From: Candidatus Bipolaricaulia bacterium
GTDB taxonomy: Bacteria > Bipolaricaulota > Bipolaricaulia > RBG-16-55-9
DNA: 64,000 nucleotides
Assembly (NCBI GenBank): GCA_042219045.1
Contig: JBDGQO010000013.1
Coordinates: 17,348-81,347 of the forward strand
Reading direction: 5' to 3'
Position numbers and translations under genes: made by a program. This document shows positions 1-9,480 of the stretch, piece by piece; positions within the stretch are counted from its first letter, which is position 1; every line of letters begins with the position of its first letter. The notes below the pieces were generated by a model. It did not search any database and had not been told where the DNA came from. It saw only the letters and a program-made list of their open reading frames with translations.

Positions 1-1
1 C

Positions 2-574
2 TGCAAACCGATCTTGGAGATTCTCGCCGGGATTCCGACAGTCGTCTATGGCTTTTTCGCGCTGGAGACGATCACGCCCCTGCTTCAGTCGACGATCAGG
101 CCCGGATTGGGCTACGCCAACGGCATATCCGCCGGGCTCGTCATGGGGTTCATGATCCTTCCGCTGGCCGCCTCAATCATCGAGGACGTCCTCTACGCCG
201 TTCCGCGTTCCATTCGGGAAGGCGCGCTCGCCATGGGCGCGACCAAATTTGAAACCGTGTGGAAAATTCTCCTTCCCGCTGGCATTTCGGGCATCGGCGC
301 GGCGTTCATCCTGTCCATGTCGCGAGCCATCGGCGAGACGATGATCGTGACGATGGCCGCGGGGATGCAGCCGGCCTGGCCACCGGATCCGACGGGCACA
401 ATGATGACGATGACCGCCAGCATCGTGAACATCGCCACCGGCGGCGAGCACGCCATGACCGACTTCATCTGGGGCGCGGTCTTCGCCATCGGGCTGTACC
501 TGTTCGTCGTGACGCTCGTGCTGAACGTGACCAGCTACGTCATCGTGGAACGCTACCGGGAGCAGTACGAATGA
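2..574 (+). CDS. pstC: Phosphate ABC transporter permease PstC (5'-truncated by window edge)
   Basis: EILAGIPTVVYG, EAA-like motif REGALAMGATKFET and SRAIGETMIV; lies directly upstream of pstA/pstB/phoU. Confidence 0.93.
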   Translation, partial: CKPILEILAGIPTVVYGFFALETITPLLQSTIRPGLGYANGISAGLVMGFMILPLAASIIEDVLYAVPRSIREGALAMGATKFETVWKILLPAGISGIGAAFILSMSRAIGETMIVTMAAGMQPAWPPDPTGTMMTMTASIVNIATGGEHAMTDFIWGAVFAIGLYLFVVTLVLNVTSYVIVERYREQYE

Positions 575-2046
575 GGCCGATCGGGGATCAGAACCAGGCT
601 CGGCAACTGCGTTGGCGCCGCGCCAAAGGCGGGATCTTCGTGGTCGTCGCCTCGATCGCGCTCGTGTTGGCACTGGCGGTCTTGGTGGTCCTGATCACGA
701 CGACGACGCTGGAGGCATCCAAGCTGACCGGCATGGACGCCATGGCTGAGGCCGGGATCGCCATGTCGGTGCGGGCGTTCAACTACGAGACCGACCAAGA
801 ACGACAATCGATCCCCTATCTCACGGTCTCCGAGATCACGACGGACTCCTCAGCAGAACAGAGCGGCATCAACCAGTACGACGCCATCACGTCCTTGAAC
901 GGCGAGCCGCTCAGCACCATGCACCAGGCTTGGCGGATCATGGCAACCGCCAAGGCCGACGAAGACGGGAAGTTGCGCTTGCCGATTTCCTGGGTCCCCG
1001 CCGTCGATCGCCTCATTGGGGAACTCGGATCGGCGTCGGTTCCAGGGGAGCTGGGCCAGTATCGAGCCTCGGTCAAATCGCTCAATCCCGATTCGCCCGC
1101 AGCCCGAGCCGGACTCCAAGAGGGCGACGTCCTGGTCGATGCGAATGACTTGCCGATCCAGGGGCGTCGCAAGGCTTGGGGCGCGATCGTGGCGGCCGCC
1201 AAGGAGAACCCTGCCGATCAACCGATCCAACTCACGATTCGCCGAAACGGCAACACGATGGACATCGGCTTGGACGCCGAACTCAGCGGCACGCTCGTGG
1301 CCGAACGCAACACCTGGGAGGCCATCTGGGACTTCGCGACGAGCCTCGACTCGCCCAATCGCCCGGAGCGCGCGGGCTTGAAGAGCGCGTTGCTCGGCAC
1401 CATCTACATCATGCTGGTCATGATGGTCTTCGCGTTCCCCATCGGCGCGATGGGCGCGATCTATCTGGAGGAATACGCCTCCAAGAACGTCTTCACCGAC
1501 ACGGTGCAGATCCTGATCGCCAACCTGGCGGGGATTCCGTCGGTCGCTTACGGGATTATCGGCCTGCAGATCTTCGCACGCGAGCTCGGCATGGGCAACA
1601 GCGTCCTGGCCGGCGGCCTGACGCTCGGGCTGGTCATCCTGCCTATCATGATTATCGCCGCGCGGGAGACGCTTCGGGCCGTGCCGCCCTGGGTCCGAGA
1701 AGCGGCATATGGCGTCGGCGCCACCCGCTGGCAGGTGATTCAATCCCAAGTGCTGCCCGTCTCGCTTCCCGGCATGTTCACGGGCATGATCCTGTCGTTA
1801 GCCCAGGCCATCGGGGAAGCCGCCCCGTTGATCCTGCTGGGCGCTTCGCTGTATGTGAACTACGTGCCGGACGGGCTGTTGAGCGGCTTCACGGCCGTGC
1901 CGTTGCAGATCTTTTCCTGGGTCTTCCGCGCCAAAGCCGGGTTCAACACGGTCGCCTCCGTGGCGATCCTGCTGCTGCTGGTCGTGATGATCATCCTGAA
2001 CGCGCTTGCAATCTGGCTGCGCAACCGCTACCAAAAGAGTTGGTGA
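571..2046 (+). CDS. pstA: Phosphate ABC transporter permease PstA with an inserted tandem PDZ-like region
   Basis: ATG at 571 overlaps the pstC stop (ATGA). C-terminal half has [33 protein letters not shown] and AIGEAAPL. About 200 aa after TM1 contain two PDZ-like repeats. Confidence 0.9.
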   Translation: MRPIGDQNQARQLRWRRAKGGIFVVVASIALVLALAVLVVLITTTTLEASKLTGMDAMAEAGIAMSVRAFNYETDQERQSIPYLTVSEITTDSSAEQSGINQYDAITSLNGEPLSTMHQAWRIMATAKADEDGKLRLPISWVPAVDRLIGELGSASVPGELGQYRASVKSLNPDSPAARAGLQEGDVLVDANDLPIQGRRKAWGAIVAAAKENPADQPIQLTIRRNGNTMDIGLDAELSGTLVAERNTWEAIWDFATSLDSPNRPERAGLKSALLGTIYIMLVMMVFAFPIGAMGAIYLEEYASKNVFTDTVQILIANLAGIPSVAYGIIGLQIFARELGMGNSVLAGGLTLGLVILPIMIIAARETLRAVPPWVREAAYGVGATRWQVIQSQVLPVSLPGMFTGMILSLAQAIGEAAPLILLGASLYVNYVPDGLLSGFTAVPLQIFSWVFRAKAGFNTVASVAILLLLVVMIILNALAIWLRNRYQKSW

Positions 2047-2050
2047 CGCC

Positions 2051-2857
2051 ATGACGAACGGAATGACCCCCACGACCGAACCCAGATCCTCGACGGACGT
2101 GAGCACGGACGCCGTCCTGCGCTCGGAGGACTTCAGCCTCTGGTACGGGGATTTCCAGGCCATCGACGGCATCACGCTGGATATCCCGAAGAATCAGGTC
2201 ACCGCCATCATTGGCCCGAGCGGCTGCGGCAAGAGCACTTATCTCCGGGCGCTCAACCGCATGAACGACCTCATCGCCAACGTCGAGGTCGACGGGCAAG
2301 TGCTCTATCACGGACAGAACATCTACGATCGCCGCGTGGATCCCGTCCAGGTGCGGCGCCACATCGGCATGGTGTTCCAAAAACCGAACCCGTTCCCCAA
2401 GTCGATCTACGAGAACATCGCGTTCGGGCTGCGCATTAACGGCTTCAACGACGCCATGGACGACCGTGTCGAGAAGGCGCTCAAGCGGGCGGCCCTCTGG
2501 GACGAGGTCAAGGACGATCTTCACGACAAAAAGGGCCTCGACCTGTCGGGCGGCCAACAACAGCGCCTCTGCATCGCCCGCGCGCTCGCCATCGAACCCG
2601 ATGTGCTGCTCATGGACGAGCCCGCCTCGGCGCTGGATCCCGTGGCCACTGCCAAGATTGAGGACCTCATCCACGAACTGAAGCAGAACTACACGGTGGG
2701 CATCGTGACCCACAACATGCAACAGGCCGCGCGCGTCTCGGACCGCACGGCGTTCTTTTATCTCGGCCAACTGATCGAGGTCGGATCGACCCCGAAGATC
2801 TTCGAAAACCCCGACAACCAACAGACGGAGGATTACGTCACCGGAAAGTTCGGTTGA
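2051..2857 (+). CDS. pstB: Phosphate ABC transporter ATP-binding protein
   Basis: Walker [27 protein letters not shown], signature [23 protein letters not shown]-terminal YVTGKFG. Confidence 0.97.
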   Translation: MTNGMTPTTEPRSSTDVSTDAVLRSEDFSLWYGDFQAIDGITLDIPKNQVTAIIGPSGCGKSTYLRALNRMNDLIANVEVDGQVLYHGQNIYDRRVDPVQVRRHIGMVFQKPNPFPKSIYENIAFGLRINGFNDAMDDRVEKALKRAALWDEVKDDLHDKKGLDLSGGQQQRLCIARALAIEPDVLLMDEPASALDPVATAKIEDLIHELKQNYTVGIVTHNMQQAARVSDRTAFFYLGQLIEVGSTPKIFENPDNQQTEDYVTGKFG

Positions 2858-2864
2858 TGCACGC

Positions 2865-3542
2865 ATGGTACGCGAGAGCTATCAGCAGCAACTCGACGAG
2901 CTATTGGAGCGGGTCTCGGAGATCGGCCACGATGTCCGCGAAGGCCTGGACATGGGGCTCACCGCGATCACGACCCACGATCACGACTTGGGCCAGAGCC
3001 TCGACGATTGGGACGACGCCATCGACGATCGCACGCTGGAGGTCGAGCAGCAGTGCACCAACCTCCTGGCGCTGCAACAGCCCGTCGCCATCGACCTTCG
3101 CCAGATCCTGAGCGCGTTCAAGATCGTGACCGACCTGGAGCGCGTCGCCGACTTGGCCGTCAATTTGGGGGAATACGCGCTGGAGACCGAGGCCTTCGTG
3201 CTCGTCTCCCAAGACGCGTTGAAGGGCCTAGGCGACGTCGCCGACGGGATGCTCAACGACGCGTTGGAGGCGTTCCGTCACAAGGACACGACGAAAGCCC
3301 TGGAAGTCATCAAGCGAGACCGTGAGATGGATCAACGCTGCTGGGACTTGCGCTCGACGTTGTTGACCGAGATCATCCGGACCGCCAACGAACGGACGTC
3401 GTCTGAACAGGCCCAGGAGATCGCCGACGACATCATCACGGTCCTCTGGTCGATCCGGGATCTCGAACGCGTCGCCGACCACGCGGTCAACATCTGCGCG
3501 CGCACGATCTACTGGCTGGAGGCCGACTCGACCTACATTTGA
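2865..3542 (+). CDS. phoU: Phosphate signalling complex protein PhoU
   Basis: QQPVAIDLRQI and two DLERVAD repeats; follows pstB. Confidence 0.95.
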   Translation: MVRESYQQQLDELLERVSEIGHDVREGLDMGLTAITTHDHDLGQSLDDWDDAIDDRTLEVEQQCTNLLALQQPVAIDLRQILSAFKIVTDLERVADLAVNLGEYALETEAFVLVSQDALKGLGDVADGMLNDALEAFRHKDTTKALEVIKRDREMDQRCWDLRSTLLTEIIRTANERTSSEQAQEIADDIITVLWSIRDLERVADHAVNICARTIYWLEADSTYI

Positions 3543-3597
3543 CGCCCACCATCGACGCCGCCTGGGTTGGCTTGTCCACGGGGCTGGATCCCCGATA

Positions 3598-4404
3598 ATG
3601 GCGAGAGACATGCGCACTGTGACGATGCTCATCCGTGTCCTAGCTCTGCTTGTCCTGAGTTCCCTCGTCGTTGCCTGCACGTCGTCGACGCAGTCCGCCG
3701 AGAACGGCACGGCGCCCGTCCATGGCTACGAGATCGTCAACGTCTATCCCCACGACCCGGGGGCGTTCACGCAGGGGCTCGTCTATCACAAGGGGACGCT
3801 CTTCGAGGGGACGGGCATCCGGGGCGAGTCCGACATCCGCGAGGTCGAACTGGAATCCGGCAACGTCATCCGGAAGCGAGAGATTGACGATCGGTACTTC
3901 GGCGAGGGCATCACGCTCTGGCAGGACTCGCTCATTCAACTGACGTGGCAATCCAACGTCGGTTTCATCTACGAACGAGACTCGTTCGAGCGAGTGGATG
4001 AGTTTTCATATCCCACCGAAGGCTGGGGACTGACCCACGACGATGAGCGACTGATCATGAGCGACGGATCGTCCTCGCTCTACTTTCTCGATCCAGAGAC
4101 GTTCCGGCGGACGGACAGCGTTGAGGTCCGAGACGACGGCGAGGGGATCGACCAACTCAACGAGCTCGAATACGTCGACGGTCAGGTCTACGCCAACGTC
4201 TGGCAGACGGATCGCATCGCGATCGTCGATCCCGAAAGCGGGGACGTGGACGCTTGGATTGACCTCAGCGGGCTGCTGGATCCCGAGGATCGCACGTCGC
4301 GCACGGACGTGCTCAACGGCATCGCCTACGACGGGGCGAACGATCGGCTGTTCGTCACGGGCAAATACTGGCCGAAACTCTTCGAGATCGAACTCGTCCG
4401 TTAG
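3598..4404 (+). CDS. Glutaminyl-peptide cyclotransferase (beta-propeller type), probable lipoprotein
   Basis: YPHDPGAFTQGL, YFGEGIT, QLTWQ, EGWGLT, LNELEY, VLNGIAYD, VTGKYWP; lipobox-like LVVAC. Confidence 0.92.
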   Translation: MARDMRTVTMLIRVLALLVLSSLVVACTSSTQSAENGTAPVHGYEIVNVYPHDPGAFTQGLVYHKGTLFEGTGIRGESDIREVELESGNVIRKREIDDRYFGEGITLWQDSLIQLTWQSNVGFIYERDSFERVDEFSYPTEGWGLTHDDERLIMSDGSSSLYFLDPETFRRTDSVEVRDDGEGIDQLNELEYVDGQVYANVWQTDRIAIVDPESGDVDAWIDLSGLLDPEDRTSRTDVLNGIAYDGANDRLFVTGKYWPKLFEIELVR

Positions 4405-4467
4405 TCGCCCGTCTACCCGTTGCCCAGAGACGCGTCAAGCTCCATCCGACGGCTCGACGGAACCGAG

Positions 4468-5025
4468 CTAAACGTGCGACAGCTGCTCTTCTTTCTCGTT
4501 CATGACCTCGTCGACTTTTTCCGTGAATTCGTGGGTGATGTCGTCGATCTCCTTGAGCACGCGATGGACGTCGTCCTCGCTCATCTCGCCCTCTTTTTGT
4601 TGTTTTTCGAATTTGTCCTTCAGGTCTCGGCGAATGTTGCGGATGGCGACCTTCGTCTCCTCCGCCTTGTCGTGGACGTGTTTGATGAGCTCCTTGCGGC
4701 GCTCTTCGGTCAATTTGGGAATCACGACGCGGATGACGTCCTGATCCGCAGAGGGGTTCAGCCCGAGGTCGGATTCCACGATGGCCTTTTCGATTTCCTT
4801 CATGGCGTTCTTGTCGAACGGCCGCACGAGGAGCATATTCGCGTCCGGGGCGGTCACGTTCGCGATATGCTGGAGCGGGGTCTGCGTGCCGTAGTAGTCC
4901 ACATGCAGGTCTTCGATCATGCTCGGGTTGGCCCGGCCCGTCCGCAGCTTCTGCATCTCGTCCTCGAAGACCTTGAGAGATTTTTGCATGTGCTGGCGCA
5001 TTTCGTCGATCGTTTCGTCGGCCAT
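4468..5025 (-). CDS. frr: Ribosome recycling factor
   Basis: LRTGRANP, VDYYG, LGLNP, LTEERRKEL, VAIRNIRRD; SD GAGGTG upstream. Confidence 0.97.
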   Translation of the reverse strand: MADETIDEMRQHMQKSLKVFEDEMQKLRTGRANPSMIEDLHVDYYGTQTPLQHIANVTAPDANMLLVRPFDKNAMKEIEKAIVESDLGLNPSADQDVIRVVIPKLTEERRKELIKHVHDKAEETKVAIRNIRRDLKDKFEKQQKEGEMSEDDVHRVLKEIDDITHEFTEKVDEVMNEKEEQLSHV

Positions 5026-5050
5026 TGCGCATCACCTCATTGATGGACCA

Positions 5051-5080
5051 ATTATAGGCCTCGGCATTCCGTCGCATCAA
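5051..5080 (-). promoter_or_regulatory. Sigma70-like promoter for frr
   Basis: Minus strand TTGATG-18 nt-TATAAT. Confidence 0.55.
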
Positions 5081-5162
5081 CTGTCGGCTCGCAGCCCAGC
5101 GACCACCCAATGGACAGCGTCCGCTTGATCCGCTCGCTGCTGACACCTAGGATGAGCGTTCC

Positions 5163-5978
5163 ATGGGACTCTTGACGTTCCTTTCCGACTTCGGCGACCG
5201 CAGCCCGTATCCGGCAGCGATGCGCGTCGTCGCGGCCGGAATCGTTCCCGACAGCGTCCGGATGGTCGACTTGACTCATGAGATCCGTCCGCAGCACGTG
5301 GGCGAAGCCGCGTTCGTCCTCGGGAGCCTCGCGCCGGAATCCCCCGACGGCACCGTCCACTGTGCCGTCGTCGATCCGGGCGTCGGCACCGACCGGGCCG
5401 GCTTGGTCATCGCCACCGACCGGCAGACGTTCGTCGGCCCCGACAACGGCCTGCTCGATCCAGCAGCGAAGAGCGTTGGCCCCGTTCGAGCCGTCCACGA
5501 GATCGACTTGACGCGAACGAGCTATCTGCGACCGCCCATTTCGTCAACCTTCCACGGCCGGGACGTCTTCGCACCCGCGGCTGCCCATCTTGCGTCGGGC
5601 GTTGCCCTGGGAGCCATTGGCCCTCGGGTCGACACGTGGCAGGGCCTCGACACGGACTTCACGGGCGGAGCTTACGCCCCCGACCGCGACGCGTTCGAGG
5701 CGCAAGTCGTCTACGTGGACGGCTTCGGCAACCTGATCACCAATCTCCCCACCCGCGAGTTCGAGGAGCACGCTGAGGCCGGGGAACAGCTCGTTCTACA
5801 GATCAACGGCGAGGAACACCGCATCGAGCGCGTTCCGAGCTTCGCGTTCGTCGAGCGGGGCGATCTCTGCCTCGTGGGCGGCAGCCATGCCCGGATTGAG
5901 GTGTCGGTTCGCGAGGGAAGCGCGGGGGCCGAGCTGGGCTCGGACATCGGCACGGATCTCGTCGTGAAACGACCATGA
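5163..5978 (+). CDS. DUF62 / SAM hydroxide adenosyltransferase (SAM hydrolase) family
   Basis: LSDFG, VDLTHEI, VVDPGVGT, GPDNG, STFHGRDVF, VDGFGNLITN. Confidence 0.9.
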   Translation: MGLLTFLSDFGDRSPYPAAMRVVAAGIVPDSVRMVDLTHEIRPQHVGEAAFVLGSLAPESPDGTVHCAVVDPGVGTDRAGLVIATDRQTFVGPDNGLLDPAAKSVGPVRAVHEIDLTRTSYLRPPISSTFHGRDVFAPAAAHLASGVALGAIGPRVDTWQGLDTDFTGGAYAPDRDAFEAQVVYVDGFGNLITNLPTREFEEHAEAGEQLVLQINGEEHRIERVPSFAFVERGDLCLVGGSHARIEVSVREGSAGAELGSDIGTDLVVKRP

Positions 5979-7429
5979 ATGGCGACTCCGGCTGGACCAT
6001 CGACATCGACCGAGTCTACGAACAGCATCCCTTTGCGAAAACCATTCTGGAAAAGCTCGACGAGGCCGGCCATGAAGCCGTCCTCGTCGGCGGCGTCGTG
6101 CGCGATGGGCTGCGTGCCCAGCTGGAGCCCGATTACGCCTTCCGGCCCCACGAGGTCGACATCGCCACGTCGGCCCATACCGAGGAAATTGAGGGAATCT
6201 TTGACGGCTACAAGGTCCTGAACGTCGGCAAGGAGTTCGGCGTCCAGGTCATCGTCAGCCCGGACGGGGAACCCTACGAGGTCGCCACCTATCGCGTCGA
6301 GGACGAATACGACGGCCGTTGGCCCGGTCGCGTTGAGCTGGTCCGCGATCTGAAGCGGGATCTGGCTCGGCGGGATTTCACCATCAACGGACTCGCCGCA
6401 CGCGCCGACGGCACCGTCGTCGACTGGGTCGGCGGCATCGAGGACCTCCGGGCGCGCACCGTTCGGCCCATCGGCGACGCCGACGCGCGCATTCGGGAGG
6501 ACTACCTCCGCATGCTGCGCGCCGTTCGCTTCGCCTGCGTCGTCGACGCCGCGCTGACGCTTGACACGCGCGAGGCGATTCGAGCCCATGCCGATCGCAT
6601 GGCGACGATCTCCTGGGAGCGGATCCGCGACGAGCTGATCGCCCTGCTGCGCACCCCGCGTTCCCGATATGGGCTTGACCTGATGGAGGAGTTGGGGCTA
6701 CTCGGCGAGATTCTGCCTGAGCTCGCCCACTGTCGGGAGGTGCCCCAACCCGAGGTCTACCACCCCGAGGGCGACGTCTACGTCCACACGCTGCTCGCCC
6801 TGGAGATCGCGGATCGGGCCACATCCGATCCGATCCTCAAGCTGGCGGTGCTGCTCCATGACATCGGCAAGCCGGAGGCGCTGCGCCGCAACCGGGGCGA
6901 GAACATGGCCGGCCACGACGAGATCGGTGCTCACATGGCACGGGACGCTTGCGAACGGCTGCGACTCAGCAACGCGGTGACCGACCGGATTGTCAACTGG
7001 GTGGCGGAGCACCAGCGCATCGGGCATTTTCCCGACATGGGCCGAGGCAAGCAGGTCAAGCTGCTCAAAACCGTGGAGGAAGCCGATGTCCCCATTGCCC
7101 ATCCCCTGGAACGCTATCCGCGCTTTGCCGGGTTGCTGCGCCTCATGATCGTCGATTGCCAAGCGAGCGCCATGAAGTCCGGAGGCTGGCTGCCCGTTCT
7201 GGCAACCTTCGCCCGACTGCTATTGCATATGGAGGCCCTCGACCGACGGATGCGCGCGCGCAAGCTGATCGACGGGCACGATCTGATCGAAATCGGCATG
7301 GAGCCGGGCCCGCAGATCGGCGCCGTTCTGGAGATGCTTTACGAGAAGATCTATGCGGGCGAACTGATCAGCCGGGAAGCGGCGTTGGGTGAGGCAAAGC
7401 GGCTCATGCGCAAACATGCCGGCGAATGA
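5975..7429 (+). CDS. cca: CCA tRNA nucleotidyltransferase with HD domain
   Basis: VGGVVRD, DLARRDFTIN, REDYLRMLRAVRF, ISWERIRDE; HD domain HPEGDVYVHT...LLHDIGK. Confidence 0.9.
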   Translation: MNGDSGWTIDIDRVYEQHPFAKTILEKLDEAGHEAVLVGGVVRDGLRAQLEPDYAFRPHEVDIATSAHTEEIEGIFDGYKVLNVGKEFGVQVIVSPDGEPYEVATYRVEDEYDGRWPGRVELVRDLKRDLARRDFTINGLAARADGTVVDWVGGIEDLRARTVRPIGDADARIREDYLRMLRAVRFACVVDAALTLDTREAIRAHADRMATISWERIRDELIALLRTPRSRYGLDLMEELGLLGEILPELAHCREVPQPEVYHPEGDVYVHTLLALEIADRATSDPILKLAVLLHDIGKPEALRRNRGENMAGHDEIGAHMARDACERLRLSNAVTDRIVNWVAEHQRIGHFPDMGRGKQVKLLKTVEEADVPIAHPLERYPRFAGLLRLMIVDCQASAMKSGGWLPVLATFARLLLHMEALDRRMRARKLIDGHDLIEIGMEPGPQIGAVLEMLYEKIYAGELISREAALGEAKRLMRKHAGE

Positions 7430-7477
7430 GTGTGTGACGCGTCACAGATGGGACGAGCTGCGTCTGCCACCATCACC

Positions 7478-7594
7478 ATGGTATCACCTCCTTGGGCTTG
7501 GCCCACGCGCCCGGATCGGGCTTCTGGAGCCAAGTGGTTGCTAAACCCTCTCACCTCCACCGGCGGTCGTCCCTGCGGCGGCCGCCTTTTCTTT
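7478..7594 (+). ncRNA. Candidate small RNA with two anti-Shine-Dalgarno motifs (5' end uncertain)
   Basis: ATCACCTCCTT (7483-7493) and TCACCTCC (7551-7558) flank several short hairpins; ends in an intrinsic terminator. Confidence 0.4.
7562..7594 (+). terminator. Intrinsic terminator
   Basis: GGCGGTCGTC-cctgc-GGCGGCCGCC stem (two G.U pairs) followed by TTTTCTTT. Confidence 0.75.
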
Positions 7595-7667
7595 CCCGAT
7601 TTCCCAGAGCCTCGACGACCTGGGATTGGTCGTCGCCTTCGTTGTGCGGGGGCTCTGCGCCTCGGCC

Positions 7668-9425
7668 TCACGCGTCGAGGAGATAGATCGATTCGGCGTA
7701 GTAGCGGATCTTTCCCTGGCGATTCTTCTCCAAGAGCTGCTCGTGGAGCCAGCGGTTCTTTTCGTGCAACGGCGCCTCGCGGGTAAGCGGGTCGATCTCG
7801 ATGTCGGCGTGCAGCACGCGCTCGGGGATGATGAAGCGGGTGATGCCCGCTGGGAAGCGCCGCCCGGCTTGGGCCGCCTGTAGCACCTGAGAGACGGTGT
7901 ATTCGGGGAAGACCACCACCGCCGCCATGTCCGGATACTGATGGGCCAAACGGATTCGATCGCTCTCCAGGGTGCGCGAGACCGTGGTCTGCTCGATGTA
8001 GGCCTGCGTCAGCTCGTTGAGGGCCTCGATCCAGTCCGCGCCGGGCTTGGGGTCGACCGCGTAGCGATCGCCATCGACGGACTCCACGATGCACAGCCCG
8101 CCGTAGGCGAGCAGCTCCCTCGGCGTCGCGTCCGGGTCGTCGGACGGCGGTGGCTCGATCTTCGTCTGCTTCAGGTCGCTTAGCTCATCGATCAGCTCGG
8201 TCGGCTCCACGTTCTGGATGACGTGATGCCAGGTGCCGAGCTCCAAACCCGCGTCCGGCGAGGTCACCTGAACGACGATGTCCCGGAAGCCGAGCTCTTG
8301 GAACGCCGCCACGCGCGTCGCCCCGTCCAGGACGATGTTGCCGTGCTCGGCCTCGGCCACGACTGGCGGGTTGCGCAGCACGCGATCCTCTTGGAGGCGC
8401 TTGGCCATGCGATCGACCCGCCTCGGGTCAACGTGCTCGTGGGGATGGACTTCGGCTAGCGGCACCACCTGTAGAGGGAGGATGCCTTGGGGCTCCATGC
8501 TGCCGAGCCGGTCGATGATCGCTTCGGCGACGGTGGTGGCGGCAGCCCGTTGGGCGTCCTCCGTGCTGGCGGCGATATGGGGCGTGGCGATGACCCGCTC
8601 GTGCTGGACCAAGGCACTGTCGGTGGGCGGCTCCTCGTTGAAGACGTCGAGCGCCGCGCCGGCGATCTCATCGGTGTTGAGAGCTTCCAGCAGCGCGTTT
8701 TCGTCGACGACGCCGCCTCGGGCGGTGTTGATCAGATAGGCGGTCGACTTCATGCGGGCGAGTTCCTCGGCCCCGATGAGGCCGCGCGTTTCGTCGTTGA
8801 GCGGCACGTGGATGGAGACGAAGTCAGAATGCTCCAACAGTGCCGTCAGGTCAACCGGCTCGATGTTGGCCTCGAGGTCGAGCTCGGGCGTCGCGCGACG
8901 CTGGTTGGCCACCACCCGCATCCCGAACGCCTCGGCACGGATGGCGACTTGGCGACCGATGCGGCCGAAACCGACGATGCCGAGGGTCTTGCCGGCCAGC
9001 CCTGCCCCCAACAGTTGCTTCTTCGCCCACTTGCCGGATTTGAGGCTGACGTCCGCCCGAGGCAGCCGTCGGGCAACCGCGAGCATCAGCCCCATGGCAT
9101 GTTCGGCGACGGCCAGCGTGTTGGCGTCGGGACTGTTGACGACGTCGATGCCGTGGTCCTTGGCAGCGGCGACGTCGATGTTGTCCAAGCCCGCCCCGGC
9201 CCGCGCGATCACCTTCAAGTTGAGCCCGTGCTCGATGACGTCTCGGGTCACTTGGGTGCCGCTGCGCACGATGATCGCCTCGTAGTCGGGAATGACGGTC
9301 AGCAGTTCGTCGTCGGACAGTCCGGTCTGAACGTCGACGTCCGTGTGCTCGCGCAACATCTCGACGCCGGCGTCGTCAATCGGATCGCAGATTAGCACCC
9401 GGGGATGCCGGGACTCCGAACTCAT
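7668..9425 (-). CDS. serA: D-3-phosphoglycerate dehydrogenase fused to a C-terminal SbnI/SerK-like (ParB/Srx fold) serine kinase domain
   Basis: ATG 9425 after SD AAGGAGG. N-terminal PGDH motifs RAGAGLDNID, GIVGFGRIG, INTARGG, LDVFNEEP, TPHIAAST. C-terminal about 270 aa has VHPHEH, LRNPP, LDGATR, TWHH, PAGITRF, RYYAESIYL. Confidence 0.88.
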   Translation of the reverse strand: MSSESRHPRVLICDPIDDAGVEMLREHTDVDVQTGLSDDELLTVIPDYEAIIVRSGTQVTRDVIEHGLNLKVIARAGAGLDNIDVAAAKDHGIDVVNSPDANTLAVAEHAMGLMLAVARRLPRADVSLKSGKWAKKQLLGAGLAGKTLGIVGFGRIGRQVAIRAEAFGMRVVANQRRATPELDLEANIEPVDLTALLEHSDFVSIHVPLNDETRGLIGAEELARMKSTAYLINTARGGVVDENALLEALNTDEIAGAALDVFNEEPPTDSALVQHERVIATPHIAASTEDAQRAAATTVAEAIIDRLGSMEPQGILPLQVVPLAEVHPHEHVDPRRVDRMAKRLQEDRVLRNPPVVAEAEHGNIVLDGATRVAAFQELGFRDIVVQVTSPDAGLELGTWHHVIQNVEPTELIDELSDLKQTKIEPPPSDDPDATPRELLAYGGLCIVESVDGDRYAVDPKPGADWIEALNELTQAYIEQTTVSRTLESDRIRLAHQYPDMAAVVVFPEYTVSQVLQAAQAGRRFPAGITRFIIPERVLHADIEIDPLTREAPLHEKNRWLHEQLLEKNRQGKIRYYAESIYLLDA

Positions 9426-9480
9426 CTCTTCCTCCTTTCCATCCTTTCCATCGATCGAACGATGGCGAGCGTCGAGTCGA

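Noticed and set aside
5163-5978. SAM-dependent chlorinase/fluorinase in a probable halophile
   Set aside because: TFHGRD is the DUF62 hydroxide-adenosyltransferase signature, and there is no secondary-metabolite context
7483-7493. Fragment of a 16S rRNA gene 3' end
   Set aside because: Only the 11-nt tail matches; there is no helix 44/45 sequence upstream
7668-8480. ParB partitioning protein fused to SerA
   Set aside because: There is no HTH or parA. Similarity continues through the SbnI/SerK-specific C-terminal motifs, and the context is serine metabolism
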